Shown: piece by piece, positions 1-11,800 of the stretch | Layout of the letters: each line of letters begins with the position of its first letter | Numbering within the stretch: position 1 is the first letter of the stretch | DNA from: Catajapyx aquilonaris | Lineage: Eukaryota | DNA: 55,361 nucleotides | Direction: 5' to 3' | Assembly: GCA_000934665.2 (NCBI GenBank) | Contig: JYFJ02002527.1 | Coordinates: 1 to 55,361, forward strand | Made by a program: the position numbers and the translations under genes | Notes under the pieces: generated by a model | The model's input: the letters and a program-made list of their open reading frames with translations, nothing else | Database searches by the model: none | Told to the model about the DNA's origin: nothing

Positions 1-470
1 TTCATGATTGAATATCACGTTTTGCTCCTCGCTCTTTCACTATATGGTTCAGTTGTTCAGGCCAGCTGAAAAATATGGTATGATTTTTTGCTAGGTGTAT
101 GATCCTAATATGTAGGTGCAGGAAATATAATACTGTATGTACAGTGCTAAAAATTTAATTGCAAAATAATTATGTTGACATGATAATTATGATCCCCTTG
201 TGGGAAATCTGGCATATGTTTAAATCATAACTGGAGCATCTGGATACATGAATAACCGCTCCCAGGGAGAATAAAGTATATATTGGGGGTAAGGAAATGT
301 TTTTTTTTGTGTGTGTAAAATATGGCCATGATTTAAAATCCAGAGGTGTATACAGCAAATTATGCTGTTGCCTGCTTTCTTGCTTTTTATAGTTGGAAGC
401 CAGAAAAAATACTAGCTTTTTTAAAAGAAAATGTCGAATGTTATAGGCCTAATAATGCCCTTTCTTGCAG

Positions 471-1774
471 GCAAGGTCCTTAAACCAGGAAAACCTTGGT
501 CCTGGCAACGCTTTGTCAGAGATAATCCTGAGATGATAGTGACAAAGGAGCCTGAGAGCCCAAGGATATGTCGGCGAAAATCCGGGGTAAGTTACACTTT
601 TAAAAATAAGTTAATAGTTACAGTTAAAGCCCTGATCATAGACACGAATGCAGATAATACGAAACCCGTTTAGTGGTTCTGAAATGTATTATCTGATAAT
701 ATTAGGCAGAATTGAATGATATACGAGGGTGGTTCCGAAAGTTCGTGGACTTTATTTTTTTCGAGACAACCCGCGGAACATGGATGCATGGCTGATTGGG
801 TACAGACAGAGGCACTATCCTGCCACCTTGTGGGGGAAAATGACATCTGAAAAAACGATACCATCGACACAATCCAAGATGGCGTCTGACAGGATCAGCG
901 TGAAAACGGAACTGCGAATTATTGTCAAATTCTTGGCGGCGTTTACGGGGTGTAATGATGGGCCCATGTTTCATCACAGGTTAGGAGCCGCTGTAGGAAA
1001 CTTTCTCCCTCTCTCTGGAACCTCTGGAGGTGCATTTCACACATGGCTACCCGAGCTGCCTTCTGATCAAAGTTGAGTTTCTTCGGTACCCATCTGCACT
1101 TGTGCAGGCGACTTTCCGGAAGACCAGATGTTGGTGAATGATTGTATCGATTGCATTCATGCCTATACCGACGAGTGACGCAATATCCCGTACGGAAATG
1201 CGGCGGTCATCCAGTATGAGCTGCTCCACGCGCCGGATGTTGGCATCAGTCAATGCAGTGCATGCTTCGGGCACCATCACCTGACGACTTACGGCCGCTT
1301 TTGAAACGCCGGTACCACTTAAACACAGCACTTCGCCTCAAGACATTGTCTACGTACACTTCGGTCAATCTGTGATGAATTTCAGATCCATTAGCTCCTT
1401 CCACCGCCAAGAATTTGACATAATTCGCAGTTCCGTTTTCACGCTGATCCTGTCAGACGCCATCTTGGATTGTGTCGATGGTATCGTTTTTTCAGATGTC
1501 ATTTTCCCCCACAAGGTGGCAGGATAGTGCCTCTGTCTGTACCCAATCAGCCATGCATCCATGTTCCGCGGGTTGTCTCGAAAAAAATAAAGTCCACGAA
1601 CTTTCGGAACCACCCTCGTAATTATGCAAGGTTTGAAATGAAAAGAATTTCATATTTCAAAATGGCCTATAGAAACAATAATTGGCATCGGACGTGAATG
1701 ATAGCATTAATTTTTTACAGGCCTCTTCGCAAGTTTTAAAAAGGTTAGATACACTCAACCGATTATTATCATAG
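471..1774 (+). CDS. Possible 3' exons (471-586, 1721-1774) of an unidentified upstream gene
   Basis: An acceptor tttcttgcag| at 470 opens GKVLKPGKPWSWQRFVRDNPEMIVTKEPESPRICRRKSG, with a GTAAGT donor at 587. An acceptor ttttttacag| at 1720 gives in-phase ASSQVLKRLDTLNRLLS*. No homology recognised. Confidence 0.35.
724..1618 (-). mobile_element. Defective mariner element with fold-back structure (two 5' ends)
   Basis: TA|CGAGGGTGGTTCC...GGAACCACCCTCG|TA with about 210-bp inverted arms. The minus strand has a frameshifted transposase N-terminal half: HTH region (RRVEQLILDDRRISVRDIA), WVPKKL and TCDETW motifs. Confidence 0.9.
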
Positions 1775-1869
1775 CTATTACCTAATATTGTTAATAACCA
1801 CTAATATGCAAAGTGACTTTAATAATAAGCAGCTTAAAATTTGTAAAAAAATCTCAATAGTGCGACTCG

Positions 1870-2050
1870 AGTTTGATTGGCCCAATTGGTGTGTAACCGA
1901 CGCGAGAAACCAATCACCAACGGGATGCGCGTTGCGGCACGTTGTTTATATTTTTGCCGACGTGTGTCGTGATCCGTTGAAATTCAGTAGTTAAGTATCC
2001 GATTGAACGAGGAGTACACAATAGTGTGGCGATCTCGAGAGCCGAATAAG
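1870..2050 (+). promoter_or_regulatory. CpG-rich promoter-like region with CCAAT boxes
   Basis: GATTGG/CCAAT motifs at about 1876, 1882, 1910 and 1917 within CpG-dense sequence, directly upstream of the ATG at 2065. Confidence 0.45.
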
Positions 2051-2064
2051 CATCGTCGAGTAAT

Positions 2065-2244
2065 ATGGAAGGTTTATTGAACAATCCAACGCTGTTCAGC
2101 TCCCCCCAGTGTAGCTACGGACCTCCAAAGTACTGCGAACCCGCTAAGTACCACTCTGATTTTACCAACGTTCCCGTAATGTACCAGGAAGCCCGAAAGC
2201 ATGCTAGTTGGCTACGTAAGAAATCGGTTGCATCTACCAGGATT
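2065..2244 (+). CDS. Candidate first coding exon of a small uncharacterised gene
   Basis: ATG in a good context (aatATGG), 60 open codons, then a perfect GTAAGT donor at 2245. Candidate downstream acceptors at 2290 and 2421. Confidence 0.35.
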
Positions 2245-2294
2245 GTAAGTAATAATCTTGTAATTGTATAATTTCATTTTCGACTAACAGGTTC

Positions 2295-2364
<70 letters not shown>

Positions 2365-2372
2365 GCTGTTGT
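2295..2372. repeat. (TTG)n microsatellite
   Basis: About 25 TTG units. Confidence 0.95.
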
Positions 2373-2689
2373 TTTTATTTTTGGGTTCCATTGTACGAGT
2401 GTGGCGTTTTACTTTTCCTAGGCCTATACTGGCTTTTTTGTGCCATGCTTTCGTAACGTACGAGTGTCCTGCCATCTAGTGTCTGCTGCATGTTTTACAT
2501 GCAGGTTTCGCCACTAGCGGACAATTTCTGTACTTCTATGTACTTAATCACGGTCCATCACATGCTAATGACGTCATGATCAAGCTTTTAAAAGACGGGC
2601 CTATAACCCATGAAATGTATATATTTCCCGATGATAAATAGGGAGCCGTTATTACCGCATGTTAAAAATATAAATTAAATTGATACAGA

Positions 2690-2809
2690 GCAGCGCGTGC
2701 AAAAAGTATGTGCGTCACATCTGGAGCCGGACCAATCAGTATGCAGGATCCGGCCTAGATGTAGTGGTAGGTAGCTAGTAGCTAACAGTGTCCTTCGCTG
2801 CAGGCATCA
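2690..2809 (+). promoter_or_regulatory. Cyclin T proximal promoter and 5' UTR
   Basis: CpG-rich stretch with a TGCGTCA CRE-like site (about 2710) and CCAATCAG (2732) just upstream of the ATG at 2810. Confidence 0.5.
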
Positions 2810-5800
2810 ATGGCGGCTGAGGAGCGGTGGTATTCACCAAAGGAGAAGCTGTACAACAGCCCAAGCCGAGTATGTGGGATCGATGCAGACAAGGAGCTCT
2901 CCTACAGGCAGCAGGCTGCCAATTTCATCCAGGATATGGGACAACGCCTGCAGGTGTATCCTTTTGGTGCACCCCACCCCCGCCCGCCTCTTGAAGAGGG
3001 GGGTGGTAGTTGATTTTCTTACATTTTGGTGTTTTAGAGAGTTACAGAGGGTCCAATTGAGGTCTAACGGTGTGTTGGTGGAGTCTCCAGTAGGTGTAGG
3101 GTCATTTGCTTATGTTTATGACAGGCAGGGATTGGTTTTGCCTTCGTCTCATGTGGCCAGCATGGCTAGGCCTAGTGAGGTAGGGATGTGATAGGTGCAT
3201 GTTGTTTGGCCTGTTGCTTAAGTACTGGTGTTGCTGAAGGTAGGGAATGAACTTGGAAAGCGTTGGTGTTGTATTCGGCATGTAGGAGAGAGTTTTTGAA
3301 GGATTATTAGGGGTTGGTGGCGTGAGATACGCTGGCCGTATATTAAGGTGTTTCGCTGGGGCTGGTGATGGGGAAGGGGGCCTTGCGAAGCGTATAGAAA
3401 CCTGTGTGATGCATGATGCGTCCATTTTCATCTTGTTGGCAATTTAAATAGTTTGTCGAGAGCTGTTTCTTTGCTAATTGCAGCACTGATTCCATTCTGC
3501 TTTAAAAGTCAACAGAGAAGCTGTTAGGCAGTACCCTGTAGTAAAAAATAAGCTCATTTGTATTCGCGTAAATGTTGCATATGCCGACGAGTACTGATGT
3601 TGCCCTGAACTTGACCCAAGGGGGAGAGGTAAGGGAAAGAATGGAGTTGCACATTGCATTCTTGTCAGCTCATATGTGCCAGGTACTCTTGGGTACAGCA
3701 GTAATCACGTGATGCAGGGGGTGATCGACCTAAATTCTGAGAGTATGCAGCATAATTGATTCCTAGGGAAGAAGGCTTAGTAATTTTTCCAGCTCTGAGC
3801 TGTCTCACAATATCTCGTTGGTGTCAATGGCAGCGTTTCTTGTTGCAACCATATCTGCTGTTGCAATGTGAGCTGCTCCGGTCATGTACAGGGTGCAGGT
3901 CCGAAGGTCAAGGTTTCACAGTGTCATTGTCTACCATTACGAGTCCTTATGCACGTGACCCTGTTGCCATGTTTAGTGCTACACTGCTTCAGGCGTCTCA
4001 TTTTTGAAAACTGCATGTAGATTATAAGAAACATGTTGGTAATTGTGGATGACATATGGTACTGTCAGGGCCAAAAATTTGCATAGCACTCATTAAAAAA
4101 AGTTTGACCACGACACCCAGACGAAGAACCCAGTTACAGTTGTCTTACAGGCAGTTTCCCATGGCAATAGGGAAATATTTCGCTAAGCTTCTTGGCCCGT
4201 TGTATCAAAGATTTGCCTCGGGTAGACCTGACTGTCTCGTGAAGGGACTTAGAAATTAATTCCTGAAGTTGGACTGGATTGCAGAGCAATGCATGAGCTT
4301 AGCTGTCATGATGTTGTTACCTAGGTCATTCATAGAATTGATACGATGCCCCAGTTGCAATATCTACTCAACTGTGGGACTAGTTTTGTAGTATGAGAGG
4401 GGTTGGAAATACAATCATATACTATATTTTTTTTAAATGTACAACTGGGGCAGAATAGAGGTAGGTTTCACAAAGTAATATTGCTGTCATAATGCGTCTC
4501 CCATTTGTCACGCATCCCTGAACACATTCTAATGAATATGGTGTGTGGGTGCCTGGAACAATTTGAGGGCTGATATGGGTTGAATAACTTTTATCCAGTC
4601 CTGTTGGGGATGGCATGTAATAGACAATGGAGATCCAGCAAAGTCATGTGCAATTATTATAGGTCTTGGTATGCATGCAATGCTGCTTTCTTGCCTGTTC
4701 AGAACAATAGCCATTTTCTTAGAATAGGTTATCTGCATTTTCAAGGGAATTTGTGTTCCCTCCCCCCTCCCCCCTCCTCCCCTGAGAAATGGTGTTGAGT
4801 GGGACACTGTACTTTGGCTGAGAAAGTAACACGTATATTGGCAAATTTTATATTGCAAAGGCACCCCCATGTTTCTGGAGTGTTGTTTTAACCCTATGTT
4901 TCCCGCTGGATTCTGCACATTTTGTGTGGGAGTTTAAAAATAGCGCCCTAGGTGAAAATCACTGCATCTGGGACCATTGGTTTCGCTCTCGATTCATGCA
5001 CAAGAGGGGGCTGAAGCGTAAGAGACCTACAAACCCGAGTTGCATCTTGACAGAGCCATGTACTGCCTTATGTGCTATGCACGAGAAGGTGACGTCATCT
5101 ATTGCAACATCTATGCGGGTTTTTTAGGCGGTCTCCACCCCCTCTGAATAATCCAAGATAATTCTATATGATTGCCCAGTACTTCTGATGAATTATGAAA
5201 ACATTAAGAGTCCATTAAAATTTTTTTAAAGGTCCTGTTTAAAAGGAGGTAATGTGAGCCACCAGGTGCAAAAAATGGTGGCTCAGGTGGCAAGCAGCCA
5301 CTTCCCCCCAGCTCTGAGCACACTGCCCTACCAATCAGGAGTGAGGACACTTTTTATGGCCGAATTGGTGGCGGGGGGTTTGCCTACCCTTGACAGATCA
5401 TTCTGATTATACCCCCGGCGAAAAGTAAGTCGCAGAATTGTGGGAATTTTAAAATGGTTTTCAACTGCACGTTCTCTTTCCGGGAAATATGCGGCAGGGA
5501 GCCATGTCTACTTAAATTTGTGCAGTAAGTGTGGGTTTACAATGAACGAGACCTTTGGCCCATGACGTCATGCCATTTAAAATATGACGCAGGTGGCGTA
5601 AATACTCATGAACATAGAAACTAGAAGAGTTGCCTAAGGCTGTGGTGAAAAAATTTCCTTTGGTGACCAGTGAATTAATTTTTCTTGTGTTGTGATATTA
5701 TAATATCATAAAGATGCCGTGGGAGACATATTGTTAACCAAGTACTTGTGTCAATATGCTAAATTGATGCAAGAGTTTAGCCATTATTTTTGTCGCATCC

Positions 5801-8800
5801 CTCGGTTATGTTACGTCTGCAAATCATTAACAGTCATGAAAATTCTGTAGTTAGAGGAAAAATATACAGGGTGAATGGAAACTTGCGGACAATCGCAAGG
5901 TAGACTGATAGTACTTGCAAAACGAATATAGGGATGTGCAATTTGTTTTTGTCGCCCTTAAAGTGTAGAGGGCCGGATGGTGGAATATGAGGCAGAAACT
6001 ACAAAGTGCACGTGTGTCGTACCCTGATTCTTACTCTGACGGGATTTGATCGCTTTTCGCACATCGACGATGTGTTAGGGGACCAAGGCAAGGGACCGGA
6101 GGCTCTCGAACTGACTTTTGCTTCTTAGAAGCTGGCGGAACGGATGTGACGTTACGAAACTTATACAGCGCTGTACGCATTAACTATGCAACGGAGCCCA
6201 AAACTGATTGCACATCCCTATATTAGTTTTGCGAGTACTATCAGTCTACCTGGCGATTGGGCATGAGTTTCCCTTCACCCTGTATATTATGTAAGTTGAG
6301 AATTGCAGTAGTTCTGCAAACATGCTGACATCTGTATTTAACACAGCCCCTCACAAGTGTAGTTATGCCCAGTTTAAAGCTCCATTCCCTTCTACTGCTT
6401 TGCTACAGGAGGAGCATATGCGGAATGCATTTTCCCCTTTGGCCATAGTCTGGGCACTGGAGGTAACTTGTTGACTTTAAACATTTTAAATATATTTCCA
6501 TGGAAGTTATCCTGCTATACCATGGGAAGTAAGTTCTTCTGTTCAGACTAGGCCACCAAAAAGGCAACTTCTTCCTCCTATAGGTGAATTTTGTTACGAG
6601 TGCAACCGAGTGCACACTCGTGCGGCTCCATCGTTCCAACAACAACATTGCCAGAGTTAGGGCCGATTGCACGAACCTGCTCCTAGGAGCACTCCTACAT
6701 AGGGGCGCCCTACGGGTAACAGTGCTCCTAGGTGGCCAATGGTTGCACCAACCCAAACAAGGAGACATCCTATGTACAGGCCTTCCTTCCCTTGATATCG
6801 GGCAGTTGCACCTGGCTTCCACACCCATCTTAATGAACTGGTTATTTATTAATAAAATAACTGTTCTTACATGCAGTAAAATAATACTACACAGTTGGAG
6901 AATATGTTTTATACGCTTAAAAACATAAATTAGCTTATTTAGTCATGCACATGGTCATGCATGATGCAATCCTAGCAGGCAGGTTTTGGGCCAAGGGGGA
7001 CCAAGGCAAGGAGCCCGAACAGGCCAAAAAATGCAGCAAATTTTAGTGAGGCTGAGAAAATTTTTATTTTGGGTAGCGCTGTTAAATTTATCACCCACAT
7101 TTCTGGCTTGCCATCGAAACATTCGCGAAGCAATTCGGATGAAAAACGGCTGAGATAGCAGTGGCGTGCAATATACTTAATTATGATTGCCGAAATGGTA
7201 ATTTCTAAATTTCAAATATATGGTTAGATATACAAAGATTTGCACTATGCAGGGTTCACAGGAAAACCGTTGTGGCCTCCGGTAAGTGTCGAATAAAAAA
7301 ACCTTTTCTGTGTAACGTTGGCAACGGAACAAAAAATGACACCTTTCCGCCTTTGGGATAAAAAAATTACACAAAGAACATATGAAAACAACTTGCACAT
7401 ATCCTACGAGGATTGAAACAAGCTTTCGAATGATGTATAACATGATTTTTTTGGATCATCTGCCTAGGAGTTGTATCGAATCAAACACCGGGCTCAACGG
7501 ATTAGGGAGTGCTCCAAGCTCGGTAGGAGTGGGTCCGGGTACTCCTAGGAGGGAGGATCGCTCCCACCTCCTAGGAACGGTTCGTGCAATCGGCCCTTAC
7601 TCCCCTCCGAATGTGATGTCAATCACCGTCCACACAGTTACTGGTAGACAACCTGCTTGCTCCTCCTTCATGTGTATGTGAACAGCACTCCACTAGAAAA
7701 TGATGAGAAACTGCTATGTTGGAATGGGGGATAGAGGAACAGGTGCTGGCATGGGGTGCTTGGGGGATGGAGACTTCAACCAGACATAATTTTTTTTACA
7801 TTTCATATAAGGTATATGTTAAGATATTAGTTCCCATGGACCTTAACCTGTTACTTCAGGACCCAGTTGTGTATAAACACAGCAATCGTCTACATGCATC
7901 GATTCTACATGTTTCACTCCTTCAGCCGCTTCCACCGTAATGCCATAAGTTCTGCAGCATTGTTCCTTGCTGCCAAGGTAGAGGAGCAGCCCCGAAAGTT
8001 GGAACATGTGATTAAAATTGCATACATGTGTTTGCATAGAGATCAACCGAACTTAGACACCAAGTCAGAGGTAGGCTATTTTATGATTGGGTAGTGTCAC
8101 TTTCTTGCAGCAGGGAGGTTACTGCTGGCAAAGTTGCACCACAGATGCTCTGAATGAGTGTGAAGCTGCGCGTTTGCTCAGGACAGAAACCTGATAGTTA
8201 AAAATGCATAAAAGAGATAACTACATTTCCTCAGCCCATGTAGCTCAGTGGCAGAGCAGCTCATATTTGAATGAGCATGGGTACCAGGTTCGATTCCTGT
8301 TGGGGGCAGTTTTAATGGTATTCATAAGTTCATCTTGTATATCATGCGCACTTGGGGAATGACAGCTTCACCTTTTGTGATGAGCAATGACTGTAATGCT
8401 ACTGTGCTACTCCTGCACTGGCATTATTGCATCTCATTACTTGCAGCAATATGGAGAACAATCACAGGAACTTGTGATGAATGAGAACGTTCTGCTGCAG
8501 ACGTTGGGGTTTGAGTTGGCCATAGACCACCCCCATACACATGTGGTCAAGTGCTGTCAGTTGGTCCGAGGTGAGTATTTGCCAACTCCTTCATTAACAG
8601 ATGGACTTCTGGGTAGGTTTTTGGCCTGCATGCCCAAGTCATCTGGTTTCTGCTCAGCAGTTCCCTTAATTACATTTCTGTTGTATATGATGTATCTCCA
8701 TTGGCGGTTTCCCAAGTTATTCAGGCATGTCAGTGGGGCTGCATTGTAGCCTGAAAACACCCCTCAGTACTAGTACATAATGACTGCTGGTGTAGAGGAG

Positions 8801-11800
8801 GGTATATTCCTGAATTTTTATCAGTGGAGAAGTGAAACATTTCTGGGCATGGGTATGGACTTCTGGGATTGTTATTTAAATTCCAGGTGTTCTTTTCCAA
8901 ACACAGTAACATGTCTAAAGTGGGCTTTAAGTGTAATGAAAACTTGTTGACTAAAAACATAACAAAAATGCAGTTCCAGCAGCATTATTATATCTTGCTG
9001 AATGAGCCCTTCCATGATATCTTTTTCATATTGAATGCCACAATTTGTAGTGAAAATTGCTCATAAAAATGTATGATGAAAACATGAAACCCAGTTTTGT
9101 CCTATCTACATATTTGAGAATTGAAAAAATCATAATTTGAAATTCTCAATATTGCACATGGACAAATTCTGCCAATTATCTCAGAAGGAGGGGGGCGGGG
9201 TGGGGGTGGGGGGGACCATGTGCTTGCATTAACGGTGTGTCTAATCAGGGATGTGTACTTTTCTGTTGTCCCTTGCTCCATTGGGAAATTTTGGGCCTGG
9301 AACAACCGATGACATTTATCTTTTCCCGTTTGCCTTGTGGGACTGATGTCGAATACAGCAAGCAAGGACCTGGCGCAGACATCCTACTTCATGGCAACAA
9401 ACAGGTAGGAATTTATACCAACTTGAGCAAAAGGATATGCACAGGAAAACAAAATGTCACATCAGGCATGCCCATTGCAGTGTGAGTGAACAGAAAACAA
9501 AGCAAAACTAAATTTTTGGATGAGGAAGGTTAACTTGTATTTATTTATTTAAATTTTTTTGCTTTTTGCCACTGGATTCCCGTTTTAGAGGGTTTTAAAA
9601 AGTTAGTGTAGGCTTGTGCTTGCCTTTTGCTCACATTGATATACATTCAGATATACAATTTCAGTAATATATACAATGGTTCCAAATTACAGCCTGCACC
9701 TGACCACGATGTGCCTCCAATACAAGCCTACTGTGGTAGCTTGTGTTTGCATTCATCTGGCATGTAAATGGTCAAACTGGGAAGTAAGTACTGTTGAACA
9801 AGTGAAGTTAAGAAGGAAAATGGAAACAGGTTTGCTAAGTCAAATGCTGCTTTTGCAGATCCCTCAATCAAGTGAAGGCAAGGATTGGTACTGGTATGTG
9901 GACCGTTCAGTCACTGTTGAGCAACTTGAAGAACTAACGCAGGAGTTCCTGACTACATTCAACAAGTGTCCATCACGCCTCAAGAAGAAAATTATGAGCA
10001 TTGGGGCGACACAAGGAGTGTCGGTCGCTGTTAATGCTCAAGGCACCATAGGCCCTGGTTTTCCTTTGTCGCAGGTAAGAGAATTAGATCAGCCATGTTT
10101 AAAAGATCATTGGAACATATTTTCACTTTTATTAATACCTGTAAAGGTGCCACACATGTTGCAATTTATACTTGAATGCTATAGTATTTATTCTCATGTG
10201 ACATAACCTATTTTTAGGTCACATTGGTCATACTGTAAATAAAGAACGGATTTTTAGGTTCTTAAAAAACCCTCAAATAGGTAGGCATTTAGGCCCTGAA
10301 AACAGTCAAAATATTCTCTTATGGGCAGTAAAAATCAAGCAGATCCTAATTTATTTTCATTCCTATACAATATTAGAGTCCTCTTGGCTGTGGAATATTG
10401 TATCGCATTAACTAACTAGCAGTTGTTCCATATTTTCTTTGGTTAATCGCAGTTATTCGGCAACCCCTGTCTGACGATACATCTTTAGGCCCGAATCTTC
10501 GACGTCTCGCGCAAACCTGTGGGAGGGGCCATAATCTTCTGGAGAAACTTTCCAGTGGCGTTGATCCCTGACTGGGAAAGAACCCCAGGAGTAGTTAATT
10601 TTGTTACTCTAAAATGTGATGATTTTTACTCTCGCTGGCCGCACCTTGTTAACTCCCCTCTGCGAGCGCCTCCCGCAGGTTTGCGCGAGACGTCGAAGAT
10701 TCGGGCCTTATACTCTGAAAATGACATTTCGACATCTCACGAAGTAACTGGGTCATACTTGAAAAGTGAAATGTCTTCTACAGTCCATTCATCTGGTATG
10801 CCTATGGCTTCTTTGCCATTTGCAGGTTGAAGCGGGAGGGATGCCTTGAACGGAAATCCTGCAAAACTCTCAAAAATCATACAAAATGGCTTAAAAAGGT
10901 GGAAATAGGCGCTAATAGACCATTTAGATTTTAATGCCCAAAATAGGCAATTTTAGGTTGTATAAAATGAGGATTTTTGAGGTCCTTGTGTTATGAAACG
11001 GATAGATATTTTAGTTCTGGTGGTCTGCGTACAGAATAAAAAGTAGGTAAAAACCTAAAAATCCATTCTCTAGTCATAAATAAGATTTTACCATTTCATA
11101 CGCTTCAAATTGTTAAGGTTCTGACCTATGTTGTTCATTGTTACACAAACTATTTTTGGTGCCACAGGCAATGGGAGTGATGTGGATGCCCATGATATTT
11201 TATAAAATAATAGTCAGTCCTTAGTGACCATGTCAAGCTGCACTCCCAGTTATACAGGGTGTTCCAAGTATGTGGGTTGCTTTAGGACGGACAACTGACC
11301 CTTGCTTTCTTGGGGAGGGGAAAATTGTTCAATATTTTCTGAGGTCATGGAGAAATGGGAAACTTGACTTTTTGTTATATAAAAAAAACCAACAGTACAT
11401 GTTGGGCTAAACTGGATTAAAGATGATCTAGATTGGTTAATGCTAGTGGAGATAAGATGTAAGCACATTTCCCGAGATATTTGTCAGTTATTGACATGGT
11501 ATTCACTGTCAGTTGGCAATTTTTTTGCACTTAAATGGTCACAGAGAGGCAGTAGGAACCTTGGAAAAAAGTATTTAAATTTTGTGGCAATGAGACATAT
11601 CACATAGTTTTTTTAAGATTGACATGTAATGAACTTATCATCCAGTACTGCTTGTACAGTATTGTATGGTGTAAATGGGGTATTTCAATCCAGTAGAATA
11701 CAATCATTATTTATAGTAGTTCATGTTAGCTTTGGCCAATAATGTGCATCTTTAAAAATTGGGTATTACTAACCATTGCTGGAAACATATAATTTAACAT

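Larger units (their letters stand above)
2956..7859 (+). other. U12-type (minor spliceosome) GT-AG intron 1 of Cyclin T
   Basis: 5' splice site GTATCCTTTT at 2956. Branch site CCTTAAC at 7841-7847, 12 nt before the intron end (AG at 7858-7859). Only this donor restores the V|TQLCINT frame. Confidence 0.9.

Noticed and set aside
2284..2479. Poly-Leu and poly-Asn ORFs
   Set aside because: As stand-alone ORFs they are translations of the (TTG)n microsatellite. Kept only as one speculative splice option.
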